From contig NC_087472.1 of assembly GCF_036321535.1 (NCBI RefSeq), positions 4,712,001-4,776,000 on the forward strand: DNA of 64,000 nt, in the 5' to 3' direction. The position numbers were made by a program, and so were the translations under genes. The DNA is from Camelus dromedarius. Taxonomy: Eukaryota. The notes under the pieces are model-generated. The model ran no database searches, was not told the origin of the DNA, and worked only from the letters and a program-made list of their open reading frames with translations. Shown here piece after piece: positions 20,894-33,739 of this stretch (position 1 is its first letter; each line of letters starts with the position of its first letter).

Positions 20894-23800
20894 TACAGAG
20901 CCCCCAGCTTCTCTGTTTTCTAAAAGTGTAGGAAGGTATGTTCAAGTTCCCGGGAGAAGGCTCCCATCTGCTGCCAGGCACCTTTTTCCCAGGGGCCAGG
21001 CCCTGAGTGGGCGGACAGACATGATCCTGTTTCCATCCCCAAAGGTTGGGGAGGCCTGTTGCCAGCCTCCGATTTGTTCAAGGGCCAGGCCCTGGCTGGC
21101 CCTGGCTTGGCTACCACCAAGGCGGCAGGGGTGAGATGGGCCCCGGGCGACTGCACCTCCCGGAAGTGGTGGTCCGAGTGGGCTGGTTGGCCCGGGCTGG
21201 CTGGCAGCGCCCCCTCCCCCCACCCCGCCACCAGCTCCTGCCTTGGTCTCTTCCAGCTGTTCCTGCTGGCTGGTCGGTCCAGCTCTGATGGGCCGTAAGG
21301 AAGTGTTCCGTTCTCCTGCCCCTGGGTCGAGCTGTCCCCAGAGTGGGGCTGTGTGTGGGAGCGTGTGGGGGCACTCCCCACGTCCCACTTCAGTGTCACC
21401 AAAGCACCTGGCACATAGGGTTCCCCCCGTACCGCGTGAGTGGATGGCCGCATCCTCCCCTGTGCTTTGGAGCCTCCTTTTGAGCTCCGCTGTCCGCAGC
21501 CCCACCCCTCTCCAGAGCACATGGGATCCTCTTTAGTGTCCATTTCTTGCCATAGAAACTCCTCGTGGCCCGAGAGCACTCACTTTCAGAACACCGGCCT
21601 TAGTCCGCGTCAGAGCACCTCCCTCAGACCTCGGATTCAGCCTCCCCTGAGGCTGCTCTAAGGCCCTCTTCCCTCTGTCACTGGGGGGGGGGGTTAGGCT
21701 CCTGCCCTGCCAGATTGCTGGCCTTCCGCTTCCAACTCGGCTCTGCCCTGCTTCTTCCCCTTTGCAGTCCTTGATCTGGGGGTTCAGCATGTATTCTGAT
21801 CTGTTGAGAGCAAGCATTTCCCTGGTCTGCTCCCAGGCCTGCCCTGCTGGCCTTCCCCGAGCCAGCCCCACCCCCAGCCCTGGGTCCCCGTCCCGCCGTC
21901 ACCTCGGTGGCAGGTACACTGAATAATTTTGCCTGCTCTGGGTGCGGTACTTTTCAAGGGGCCTACTCTACAGACTCACTCCCAAGGACAATTCCTACTT
22001 GTTGAGCTAGACGTGACCAACGGAAAGCCCGTCCACGTGTGACTGAAAATAGATGAGGCTCTGGGTGTGGGATGGGACAAATCCCGCCCGAGAGCCGTCT
22101 TCACCACGGATGGCAGGACAGACAGGACAGTGGTCTGGGGGGACACGTGTTCTGTAGCCGCTGTGGTGGCTGTTCTTCCTAGTCACTGCACAGGGAGAGA
22201 CAATGGGACCTGGAAAGGCCCGTCTGCCAGGCTCCTAGGTCCTCATCCCAGCTCTGCCGCTAAGGAGAGGCGTCTGTCCTCTCTGAGGGCCACTCCCTGT
22301 TCCAGAAGGGGAGGGCAAGGGGTTCGAAAGAGATTCTCCCAAGGGGCCCTCGAGTCTGAGGACTGTCAGCCTTCGTGGAGCTCCTAGGCCGAGACTAGAG
22401 CTTGGGCTCAGGTCTTTGTGCCTCTAAACAGGTTTACAGAGCACTTGTTCGGGTCACTCCCTCCTGCAGGGACGTGTCCTTAGAGTTCGAACTTCAGTGG
22501 AGGCCATGGGGGCGTCTCAGAAGGGGGCCCAAAGGCTGGGACATCGGTGGGCCGATCCCAGCCCTGTGGCCTCGCCTGCCGCCCGCTCCTTCCAGCCCTC
22601 CCTCACACCCTGGGTCTGGTGGGCCTGCCCCCTCACAGGTCTGCCTCCCTCCCTCCCACGCACCCCTGCCCCCCCCCGGGGGGGGCCGGCTGGGCCGTGG
22701 CTACGTGTAGCGCCCCAGGGGTCGCTCTCAGCCATGGCTCAGGACACTTGTTACTCGATACCAGCCCTCACGACGTCCAAGGCCTGCCTTTCCCAGCCTG
22801 GCCCGCCGGCCGCTGCACCTGCCTTAGCCCCTGGTGTCCGCCAGCCCAGAGGACCACCCAAGCGCTCTCCGTCACCATCCATGGGCCCTGGGCCAGACCC
22901 GCACCCAGTCCCCAGCTGCTCTGGGACCCGCCAAGAACTCCCCTGTCTGGGCGTGTCCTCAAGCTGCCTCGTCGGGTGGCGATGCCCGTCTCTATCCAGA
23001 GGCCGCTCTGCATGTTGGGGCCCGGCTTCAAGGCCGGCCCGGCTTCCAGGCCACCTCGGCAGTCAGGGCTTCCTCCAGTCCCAGGCTCCCTCCCAAGGCT
23101 CCCACAGCCCGCCTTGCATGTCCAGTCCCAAGATGGGGTGCTCCTGTCTCCCTGAGACCTTGGGTGTATCTGCCTCCCCCTCCAGACCAGGAAAGAGGTC
23201 CCTGAGGACAGCAGACTAGGATGTGAACGGGGTCCCCAGCCTATCTTGGAACGAACAAATTTGTATGTCCCCCAGGAGCTGGCTTTAGTGTCCTTGAAAG
23301 CAGCTGTGCACGGTCACTGCGACAGCTCGAGCAGGTGGGAGGGCGCCTGCATTCCCTTGGCGGTGCTGAGCGCTCTGCGGTGCAGCGCCGTGGACTCTTC
23401 CCGTCTGACCCGGGGCAGGTGGCAGGGAAGGCCCGGCCCGGGCCGGGGAAGGTGGAGTCGTGGGCCTAGGATCCGCCCGACGGAGAAGTAGAGCCGGCCT
23501 GTGGTCCACTGCGGACGCCCGAGCCCACGGCCTCAGCCCAGACTGGGGGCCTTGTGTCTGCCCGGAAGCCACCTGCACCCCGCAGGGACAGCAGCAAAGG
23601 GGAGTCTTCCTTGTCCAGTGATGACTCATTTCGTAGTTGTCCAAGGCCAAGGAGACCCGGGAAAGCCATCCTTAGAAGCTCAAATGGCACAGGGGCCGTC
23701 GGGTGCAATGCACTTTCCAAAGGAGCCCCAGGCAAGCTCTGTTACAGCCGCTCCCCTCCCCCACTGGGGACGGGGAGACGGTGTCAGGATGTTCCCTAGT

Positions 23801-23934
23801 GTTACCTTTTCTCCAGCTTCTGAAAAGTCTACGTTAGGGATGTTATCCCATAAGAAATGTGGCCTTCAAGACGCAGTCAACCACAATCCCAATCCCAGTC
23901 TCAAGCCCAGTCTCGCGCTCTGGCTCTCGCTCTG

Positions 23935-23998
23935 TCCCTGTGTCTGTCTCCGTGACTGTCTCTCTGTCTCTGTCTCTGTCTGTCTCCGTCTCTCTGTG

Positions 23999-24036
<38 letters not shown>

Positions 24037-24045
24037 TCTCTCTCC
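23935..24045. repeat. (TC)n/(TCTG)n microsatellite
   Basis: Direct read of the sequence. Confidence 0.9.
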
Positions 24046-24439
24046 ACACCCCCACCCCCCGTGATGACCAAGTCAGCAGGTCAGGTTCGAGTTGGCCAGG
24101 AGGGCCCCGAGGAAGGAGGAGACCAGGGCAGGGTGCTGTCGTGTGGGATAAGGGCTGGGACTGGACAGCAGTGCCACCACCTGGCAGGGTCAGCTCTCAA
24201 GAAACCGCAGACAGTCCTCACCCTGGCTTTGATTGTCACAGTCACCTTCCTTTCTTGGTCCAGCTTTTACTACCTGGGCCTCAGGATCCTACTTTCTGTC
24301 ACCCGACAGACTCCATGAGGACACTGAGGAGACAAGTGGACTCTGGGTCAGGAGGCGGGCCGCAGGCTGCGATGGGTGGGCGCAGCGTGGGCTCTAGATG
24401 AATTCAGACCAGGGGTCTCGGCCCCAGCCCGTCACTTAC

Positions 24440-24620
24440 TAGCACGTGATCCTGGGAAGGTTCCCGAGCCCCACGACCCCAGGGTCTTCATCTGTGCAGT
24501 GGGCGGGTGTGAGGAGGCCCGGCCCGCAGGACTGCAGGGGTGCGTGCGATGTGCGCCAAGCACCTCGCGCGGGGCGCGCTGCCTGTTGGAACCGCGATGA
24601 TTGGCAGTTGCTTCTGATTT
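24440..24620 (-). promoter_or_regulatory. CpG-rich promoter-like segment with a CCAAT box (24600-24604) and a downstream GTAAGT donor (24439)
   Basis: Dense CpG, ATTGG on +, acttac on +. Confidence 0.35.
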
Positions 24621-25383
24621 TCTTTGGCCCCAGACCCTTCCACTCCCTCCTCTGGGACTTGGCTGGTTGGTTTGTTATCCAGGTCATGTTAGAGAACACG
24701 CAGCTCAGTAGGATGTGGAAGAGCTAATCAGCCAAAAAGCATGCCTCGTAAATGAAACTAAGTAAATTCTCCCGATTAGAGGCTAGGTTACACTGAGGGG
24801 TGGGGGAGCGTTCCCAGCTGGACTCAACACCGAGCTCCTAGGAAGGGAGTCAAGGAACAACCTTTGCCCCCTCCCAGCCGCCCTTCCATCCGAACTGTGG
24901 CTTCTGAAACCCAAAACACGCCTTCTTCAAGTCTGGCCGCCGCCACCACCCAGCTTCATTACCGTCACCTCCCACAGAAGGAAGCCCAGCTTCCCAAAGC
25001 CCCCACCTGCCCTGGCTCTGCGCACTTGCACTTGGGTGCTCTCTCCCGGACCCCCTCCGCCTCACCGCTTCTTTCCCTTGTTCTGTGGGACTTCAGGGAC
25101 ATGTCACCATCTTCCTGATGTGACTGGGCTCCTAGCCTGTCCTTCTAGGTGTGGGGTGTGTCTTGCTTTTCCTAGTGTCCCCACTAACACAGAGCCCTCC
25201 GGAGAGCAGAGGCTCGGTGAGTGTGTGCGGATGAAGTGAGACGGTGAGCGGGGATCCTATTTGATTCAGACTGATTTTCTCCTACTTTCTTAAATAACCC
25301 GTGGAAATCCAATTAAACATAGGGATATTACACGTATAAAATGACAAACAAGAAGGGATAAGAAGCGAGTTAATATTTTTACT

Positions 25384-25389
25384 TTTATT
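25384..25389 (-). terminator. Candidate poly(A) signal AATAAA for G3
   Basis: Homologous to the G1 signal at 5631. Confidence 0.55.
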
Positions 25390-25864
25390 GTTCTAAATCT
25401 TCCCTCATCTATATTATTGCTAATTACTCTCACATTTCCCGAACAATTCTAATTGCAATTCCATATTATGTCATCCAGGATGACAGGGAAAAAAAAAAAA
25501 AAAGAGAGATTTCAGTCTCCTTTACAGAAGAGGAAAACTGTTGTGTTTGAACTGGATAAGCACACACACGTTGTGATCAATGTCATTCACAAAGTTAGAT
25601 ACTGAAGCTTATTAAATCTTCTATTAATAGGAACAGCACTGAAAAACACCTACAGGAAACAAAGATCAATTTCCACGTCACCATAAAGGACGGGAGGAGC
25701 CCAGAGATGCTGTACGCCGTGCCCCCCGAGCTGGCCCGGGCCCTCACTCCTTCCAAGGCTGACCGCTCGCTCTGCAAACACAGAGTGAAGGATGGACTCC
25801 CTTCCTGCCCGGCAGGAGAAGCTGCTGGACAGGGGCCTGGAAGGAGCGCGGCTGCAAGTCTGGC

Positions 25865-26698
25865 TCAGGCCCCCTCTTCCTCATTGCTCACGGCCTCCTC
25901 AGACAGGGACGGGAAGGAAATGGGACCCTTACTGTTGAGTCTAAACAAATGCTCCAGGACTTGCAACTTGCTGGTCTCCGCGTGGGCCCGGGGCCCCCAC
26001 AGGAACTCGTGGCGAGCGGGATCGCTGTCGGCCACCTGCCGGTACTCCAGGTACCCCTCCTGCACCCACGCTTTGGTGATGAGCTCCCTGGGCTCCCCAT
26101 AGATGAAGTGCTCCCTCCCAGGATACACCCCCATGACACCGAGTGCTCCCCACACCTCCTCCTCAGGCGCCCCCTCTCCCCCCAGGACGATGACACCCAG
26201 AAGTATCACCAGGAGGCCGTTCTTGGGCATGCTCCGCTCATCACCCTGCATCCCATCACAGGTGAGGCCCAGGGTGGGGACCAGGATGTACAAGTGCTCC
26301 TTGGGGTCCACCTCCTTCACATCCACCCCAAAGACCAGCTGCATGCACTCAGAGGCCTGGCTGAAGACCACAGGGAAGTGGTGCTGGTATGCTCTGAGGA
26401 TACTCAGCATTTCTGCCCTGGTGGTCGGCTGCTTCCTGCGATACTTGAGGAGCAGGAAGCTCACCAGGTCAGCCATCATTGAAAGCTCTGCCCCTTGGCG
26501 CAGGGACTCGGCACCGGCAGAGTAGGAAGAGGAGACGGAGGAGGAGGAGGAGGAGGAGGAGGACGAGGAGGACCGGGGGGATGCGGCCCCCTCCTGCTCA
26601 GCCTCCAGCTGCTGCACATCCACCAGGCCCTGGGCGTCTCTTGGGTCCTGAAGGTCTTCCACAGCCTGGCGGAGCTCACTCATCTGAACCAGGGACAT
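25865..26698 (-). CDS. MAGE-A-like protein G3 (277 aa, short N-terminal region, Ser12 tract)
   Basis: attATG start, full MAGE homology domain motifs, intact frame. Acceptor ctcccacaag| at 26761. Confidence 0.94.
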   Translation of the reverse strand: MSLVQMSELRQAVEDLQDPRDAQGLVDVQQLEAEQEGAASPRSSSSSSSSSSSSVSSSYSAGAESLRQGAELSMMADLVSFLLLKYRRKQPTTRAEMLSILRAYQHHFPVVFSQASECMQLVFGVDVKEVDPKEHLYILVPTLGLTCDGMQGDERSMPKNGLLVILLGVIVLGGEGAPEEEVWGALGVMGVYPGREHFIYGEPRELITKAWVQEGYLEYRQVADSDPARHEFLWGPRAHAETSKLQVLEHLFRLNSKGPISFPSLSEEAVSNEEEGA

Positions 26699-27020
26699 AA
26701 TGACAGGTGTTGGCAGCTGACAGGAGTCTGGGCCGGGGTGACAGGTGGGGACCCAGTGGCCTTGTGGGAGGACAAGCTTATCGACCTTCCCAGGGTTTCT
26801 AGGGCTGAACGAGGTTTCCTTTGGTGTCCCATCTTTGTTGTGGGCGTGCGGGTCCCCTCACCCTTCCCTCGGGCCCTCACCTTGACTCCTGGGAGGACCC
26901 GGGACTCTTCTCTCTGTTGCCAAGGCGTGGTTCCTTCAGATGATCTGACCCGTCCTCTCACACCAAGGTCCTCACCTCCCTGAAAGGCGGGAGAGAAAGG
27001 AGAGGAGGCCCCTTTCCTGC

Positions 27021-27930
27021 TGTGATTCAGGACAAGGATACCTCTGGTCATTGACTTTGGTTTCTGGGCACAGTTCCTTGTTCACAGCTCCCAAAGCCCT
27101 TGGGATGTCCTCAGTGTTGAGAGTGATGAATGTGCTTTTTTTGTTTTTTATGTGAATGAGATGTGTTTGCAAAGCACCTAAAATGGGGCTGGTTGCCAGA
27201 AGAGCCAATCATGTGATTAAAAGTTTGGATCTTTTGGCCCCTCCCCAGCACCACCAGGGAGGGGAGAAAGGCTGGAGATTTGAGTTCAATTGCCAATGGC
27301 CAATGATTTAACCAATCGTGCTTATGTAATGAAGCCTCCGTCAAACCCCAAAAGGATGGGTTTGGAGAGCTTCTGGGTTGGCGAGCAGGTAGAGAGCTGG
27401 GGCAAGTGGCGCTGTCTGAGAGAGCGGGGAAGTCGGCCCCGCTCCCGCACACCTTGGCCCTAGCACCTCTTCCATCTGGCTCTTCGTGACTCATGCCCTT
27501 TATGTTCAGCTGGTGATCTAGGAAGTGGTATGTTTGTCAGAGACCTGTGAGCCACTCTAGCAAATCAACCAAACCTGAGGAGGAGGGCGTGGCAACCTCT
27601 GAAGGTCTTTCAGAAGGACAGGTCTTTCAGAAGGACACGTAACAGCCTCGACTTGTCACCAGCGTTGGAAACCCAAGGAGGAGGGAGTTGGAATCCCCAA
27701 CCTACAGCTGGCCATTTAGCAGCACAGGCAAGAACCTTGCCTTGCGGTGGGCTTCTGAAGTGGTGGGGGGAGGGCAGTCTTGGAGGACTGAGCCTGAACC
27801 AGAGGGTCGGATGCCATCTCTGGCTAGACAGTGTCAGAACGCAGTTGAATTCCTGAACACTCTGCTGCTGTCTGAGAACTGTCGTTGGTCTGGGGAACCT
27901 CTCCCCTACGTGGAAATTGGTCCCAGGATC
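27021..27930 (+). mobile_element. MER21C-like ERVL-class LTR in the 5' region of G3 (antisense to the gene)
   Basis: tgtgat...ggggctggttgccaga...ccaatggccaatgatttaa..caatc..gc.tatgtaatgaa...tctagcaaat...cctgaggag...gactgagcc...gtgtcagaa. Confidence 0.85.
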
Positions 27931-29149
27931 CATTTACACAACATCCACCCCCAGCTCCCCCCGAAAAACCCAGAAGCACTGGCAGCGGGGATCGGCCCCT
28001 CTGCCCTGGGCGGAGGTGCCCTCAGTGCCTGGAGGCCATGCATCTTGACTCCCGCCAGGGCCTGCTCTTCCCCCCTGCCCCCACCTGGGATGATGAGTTG
28101 ACATCTGCCCTTCAGACCCAGACCTCAACTCCCTGAAGACTCCCACCTTCCCACCCAGGATGGAAGTGAGCACGGCACTTAGGGCCACCACTGACTGTTC
28201 CTTCCAGGGCTGGGAACAGGGGTCAGCTGGAGCCGGTGGGGTCCTTCCTCTCCTGAGATGGCGGGGTACATTTGGTCCTCATGAAGAGTCCTTGCCTTGA
28301 CACGTGGGATATCCTAGGACTCCTCCCTCTGCTGGCCTGATGTTTCCCCTCAGACCAAGGTCCTCACACCCTGAGATACCCCACCCCCAACCACGTGACG
28401 GAAGTGATGGCAGGCCCCATCCGGCCAGACCTGACCGGGGACTCCTAGGGCTGAAACAGCTCAAGCCGGACACTGTAAGTTCCCATCTCTTTTGGGGTGA
28501 GGGTCTCCTCACGCCCTGCATCCACCCAAAGGGTCCTTCTCCTGAGTCCTGGCACATCCTGTGAGTCCTTCTGCTGCTGACCGGTTGTGGCTCCTTCTGC
28601 CAACCTCAGAACTAGGTCTGAATTCCCTGAGAGCCTGGGGCAGAGGTGAGGGGGCAGCACCACTGGCCACTCCTGCCCAGGGACTTCAGGGATGACAGGG
28701 GGCAGGGCCGGATTCTGTGGGCTCACTCTCTACTCTCAGTATCAAGATATTCACATTTACTCCCAGCAAGTCCTGGAACCCTCCCCTCAGCTAACATGAG
28801 GTTGTCCCCTGCAGGCCGACACCACCATCGCACTGAGTTTGAGGATAAAGTGGGGAGGTGATGCCTCCTGACTCACACCCGGGCCTCCCAGGAAGGAGCA
28901 GAGGAGCAAGTTTCTGTTGAGGCCCCCTCTACCTGGGGAGGGGGTCTGCCCAGTCCTACTGGGGGTTCCGGGGAGACCACCCTCTGCACATCTGAGCCAC
29001 ACTCCTCAGACCAGGGACTTCACCTCCCAAGGACCTCTGAGTTAAGAGGTCAGAAAGCATCTCACCTGGTCGCCCTGCTCTGGGGCCTCCAAGACCCAGC
29101 ACAAGGGCAAAGGCTCCCTCACGGTCCTCACATTGCCTCCTGGTAATTT

Positions 29150-30900
29150 AGGATTCTGTCCTCTGCCCATCTGACGCCCCGCCCCCTCATACCAGGATCC
29201 CTGTCCCCTCTGAGACCGCGATGTCAGGAAATGCTGCCTTTGGCCATCCTGCCCTATAGCCCCCCATGGCCGACTCTGTTCCGGGGTGCAGGGTCTCTTA
29301 GTCCTCCCTCAGGGTCCTCACCTTGACTACCGGGGGGACCGGACCGGGGATACCCTCCTCTGCATACCTGAGGTCCCCCTCCTTATATTAAGGCCCCAGT
29401 CTCTCTGAGACCCGGATGGGGAAGTCGAGACACCAACGTGTGCTCATCTCGCCCTGGGGCCTCCCAGGGAGAAAAGCAGGGGCAGGATCGGTTCGGCGGG
29501 TCCCCACTGATCTGGGGTCTCTGGTCCCCTCAGTCCTCCCTCAGGATCCTCACCGTGGCGCCAGGCAGGAACGGGGATTCCCACCTCAGCCCATCTGAGG
29601 CCCCGCCCCTCAAACCTGGTCCCCAGTCCCTCTGAGACGCGGATGTCAGGAAATGTGCCTGTGGTCATGCCACCCTATGATCTCCCAGGACCGACTCTGT
29701 ACTGGGGTCCAGGGTCCCGCAGTCCTCCCTCACAGTCCTTGCTTACTGTCCTGACAGGCCCTCAGCCCCGCGTTTCCCAACCTGAGGCTTCGCTCCCCAC
29801 ACCAGCGCCCCAGTCCCTCCGAGGCCCGGACGCGGAAGTCCCGGCACGCTGCCATGGGCTCGTCCGGCCTGAGGCCTCCGAGGGCTGCCTGCCGGGGTAC
29901 ATATCTTGGGGTCCCCTCGATTCTGGAGTCCAGGGTGTCCCCAGTCCTCCCTCAGGGCCCTCGCCTTGACGCCCGGCAGGAACCGGGATTCTCTCCTCAG
30001 CGCACCCGAGGCCCCGCCCCTCAAACCAGGACCCCAGTCCCTCTGAGACCCGGATGTCAGGAAATGCTGCCTGAGGTGATGCCGCCCCATGACCTCCTGG
30101 GACCCACTGTGTTCTGGGGTCTCTGGCCCCCTCAGTCCTCCCCCAGGGTCCTCACCTTGACGCCCGGCAGGAACTGGGATTCTCTCCTCAGCCCACCCGA
30201 GGCCCCGCCCCTCAAACCAGGACCCCAGTCCCTCCGAGACCCGGATGTCAGGAAATGCTGCCTGAGGTGATGCCGCCCTATCACGTCCCAGGACCGACTG
30301 TGTTTTCGGGTCCAGGGTCCCTCACTGCTGGCTCGCGGTCGTCACCTTCACTCCCAGTGGGACCTGGGATTCTCTCCTCTGCAGATCTGAGGGTTCCCCC
30401 CCCCATCACACACTAAGTGCCAGGTCTCTCTGAGACCAGGATGCCGCGGTCATGACACGACACGTGGGCCTGTCCTGCCCTCGGGCCTCCGGACAGCAGC
30501 TAGCAAGGGCCCCTTTGTGTTGGATGACCACTTTTCCGAGTTCGGGGTCCCCTCAGTTCTCCCTCAGGGTCGTCACTTAGGCGTCATGTCGTCTAGCCTC
30601 TGGCCACCCGAGGACCCACCCCTCATCCCAGGACCCCAGTCCCTCAGAGACCCGGATGTCAGGAAATGCCGCCAGTGGTCACCTTGCCCTATGGTCTCCA
30701 AGGTGCAACGCTGTCCCGGGTGCAGGATCCCTCCGTTCTCCCTCGGGGTCCTCACCTTGACTCAGGCGGCATGTGGTCTCCCCTCTGGCCACCCGAGGCC
30801 CCGCCCCTCATCACAGGACCTCAGTCCCTCCGAGACCCGGATGTCAGGAAGTCAGGACCCCACGAGTGCTCATCCCACCCAGGCCCTCCCAGGGCTGACA
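29150..30900 (-). promoter_or_regulatory. Tandem array of ~9 promoter/first-exon cassettes upstream of MAGE G3
   Basis: Reverse-complement cores (ggatgtcaggaaatg / ggatgcggaagtc) near 29220, 29415, 29641, 29830, 30052, 30241, 30440, 30652 and 30838, with cctcaccttgac donors. Confidence 0.72.
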
Positions 30901-32160
30901 GCAGGGGCGGGGATCTGTGGGGCCCCTTCGGTCCTCCCTCAGCGTCCTCAGCTTGAGCCCCGGCAGGTCCTGGGACGCCCCCTTGTTGACCCGAGCCCAC
31001 ACCCTCACACCAAGGCCCTTACTGCCCTGAGACCCCCAGGGGAGCCTCTGGACTCACATCAGGCCACCAGGCCCAGGGCTTCCCAGGACTGTGGACGCCA
31101 GGGGCCGAGATGGATTCCATGGGTTCCCTCAGCCCTCCCTCTGCTCCTCACCTGGGCTCCCGGCTGGGCCTGGGTGCCTCCCTCTGCCCACCTGAGCTTG
31201 GTCCCCTTGGACTCGGACCCTCCAGAGCCAGGACACCAGAGAGGGAAGCGGGGATGAGGGGGTGGGGATCTGATCCTTGCAACCCTGCCTTGGGTCTCCC
31301 AGGGGTGACCGCAGAACCGACCTGGATGCCTGCAAACCGAGTCCCCACACACGGTTCTACCTTGACTCCTGGCAACGCTGGGCTCCTTCCCTCTGCAAAC
31401 CTGAAGCCGGCCTCCCTCACCCAGGCCCTCACCTCTCTCACCTCCCAAGGGTGGGGCATCAGTGCCCGTCACATCTGGACCCTGAGCCCAGGGGTTTCCG
31501 AGGGCTGTCGGGGGGGGCCGGAGGTGGATTCCCTGCGGGCCTCAGTCTCCTGTGTCCTCACCTTGACTCCTGACAGGAGCTGGATTCGCCCTCTGCCCTC
31601 CTGAGACTGCGTCTCTCAGACCTAGCCTCTGACTCCCCGAGTTCGCTGAGGAAGTGGGGGCCGGGGACTGCTCAGCCTGACAGCCCCGTCCGGGGGCCCC
31701 CAGGATTCCCGCACGGGGCCGATTTGCATTCTTTGGGTCCCTGTGTTGTCGGGTGGTTGGACCCCTCTGTCCTTACCCTGGAGGGCCCTCACCCACCCTC
31801 GCACACAAAGGCTGCAGTCCCAGCAAAGATGCTGGAGGGGACCTGCCTCCTGGTGACCGTGAAGGGGCAGAGAGCAACACAGCTTCCCTCGGCGACTCGC
31901 TGACAACCAGCCTGACCTCGGGGACGGTCTGTTCGAAAGACTTACCTTTTCCTGAAGAGGCTGAGCAGTGGCAGGGGAGCTGCGGATCCCTTGCGTTGAT
32001 GACTAGATAATAGTACCTGTTTCAGAGCCGTGATTTTCAGTTGTCACTTCTCATGCATGGTAAGAACTACATTTTTCATCTGCACCTACTGTACGTGTAT
32101 GTGTATCACATGTCTAGACTGTATGTGCTTATGTACACGTACATCCACGCACCACACACA
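30250..32160 (-). repeat. Older inverted homology to the G4 upstream region (~35122-37030) and the G1 upstream region (~710-2615)
   Basis: Paired ORFs have coordinate sums 67282 (G4) and 32867 (G1), with many substitutions. Confidence 0.88.
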
Positions 32161-33739
32161 TGGACCAAACATGCCACGTGTGCCGCATGTGGAAACCTGG
32201 GCCGTCCCCAGACACAGGTGCCTGCCCAGGGCCCTGAGGCGCGGATCCCCGCCCCCTTGCGGGAGCCCTGAGAGCCCACCGGACCCAAGGGCACCATGCT
32301 TTGAACTACAGGCCTGCCGCCTGCCTGACACCCCATCTGCCCAGGGCAGTGAGCCTGCAGGAGAACGTGGGCCCCCCAGTCAGCTGGGAGAGAAGCCGAG
32401 CAGAGTGGGCAGGAGGAAGTGGGAGCAGGGCCCCAGCCCGAACAGAAGAGCAGACTTCAGAGGGCCGAGCCTTTACCCCCACCTCCAGGAGCCTTCTCCA
32501 TCCTCACACCCTCTCTCCTAGACCCAGACCCGCCTCCTGGGGCCCCGTCTCCATTTCAGGATGGATGGTGATCCCGCGGGGCTGGGACAGGCCACGTGGG
32601 CAGAATCCGGTGTCAGGCTCTCCTGAGCACCGATGCCTGGCTTCCCTGTGTTCTCAGCTACGTGGCATGAGGCACCAGGTGGTAGGACAGCGTGCAGGAC
32701 AGCCGGGGCCCCCGTGAGTGTTGGCGAGTCGGCTCAGACCAGTGGGGCACAGGGCTTTCGACCCACACAAAGCTCAGACTGAATGTGTGTCCTGCGGCCG
32801 CTAAGCTGAGCCAGTCATGGAAACCGTCTGTGCCTCGATTTCTGCCCGTCAAATGGGCATAGTAGTCGTACCCGTTGAAAGCACCGGTGCGAGTTTATAC
32901 ACGATGTGACCTGTCTCTACAATGTCTGGGCCAAGGACGTGGACAGTAGATGCAGCTGTTGTCACTGTGCGTGTACGATGTGCCTTCCCCACACTGTGGG
33001 GCTTCTGAACCAGTGTGTACCTCCCGGTCCACTGACTCAGGTGGGTTTCCTCTTCTCACCGGCACTCTGTTATTGGGAATGGGACCCCTCGCGTGCCAGA
33101 AGTGCTTAGACATGACATAGCTTGTTCTAGACCCAGCATGGGTGACGCTCAGGGGCCCTGGACCAGCGCAGGGGAATGGACTGTGCTGAGGGGCTTGGCC
33201 CTGGGGAGGAGGCATCAGGACCTCTGCACGTGCTCCGTCCTGATCCACACAGCCCACCACAGAGCTCTGTGAGCGAGGGTGTTCTGGGACTCTCTGAGTG
33301 TGAGGGAAAGTTTCTGCCGTGGGCCTTTCCCCTGGCCCCCCGAGGAAACGTTTCCTCACCCAGAGCCACATTCCAAGTTCTCCCGGTCACAGCTCGGACT
33401 TGGAGGATGTGCCCGCCACGTGGTTGCTTCAGCAGCGTTTACGCTCACACACGGTCTCTGAAGGTGGGAACCAATCTGAGTTACCTAGAGCCATCCTAAA
33501 GTTCTTTTCCTCTGAACTTTCCAGTTTCCTCTTCTGCTTTTCCTCCTAGAAAGAGGAATAGGAATGATGTCCAGAGGACAAAATCTTGCGCACACACAGT
33601 GTGACTGAAGCTGCCTCCTGATGCTTTGGGCAGGATTCTCCAAATCTTTAGCTTGACTGTGCCTTTCCCAGCTTGATACCTAGTGATCAACAGGTGTGAG
33701 GAGTCACTTGATGATCACACACACACACACACACACATC

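Noticed and set aside
22669-22685. C9-G8 self-complementary run
   Set aside because: Short homopolymer palindrome in GC-rich DNA with no functional context.
23806-23819. 14-nt minus-strand micro-exon-like block (ttttcag|...|gtaac)
   Set aside because: Plausible by chance; no reading frame or partner exon supports it.
25865-26698. Naming the MAGE genes as MAGEA8/9/10/11 (G3 sits where human MAGEA9B does relative to HSFX3)
   Set aside because: MAGEA clusters expand by lineage and undergo conversion, so orthology needs a phylogeny.
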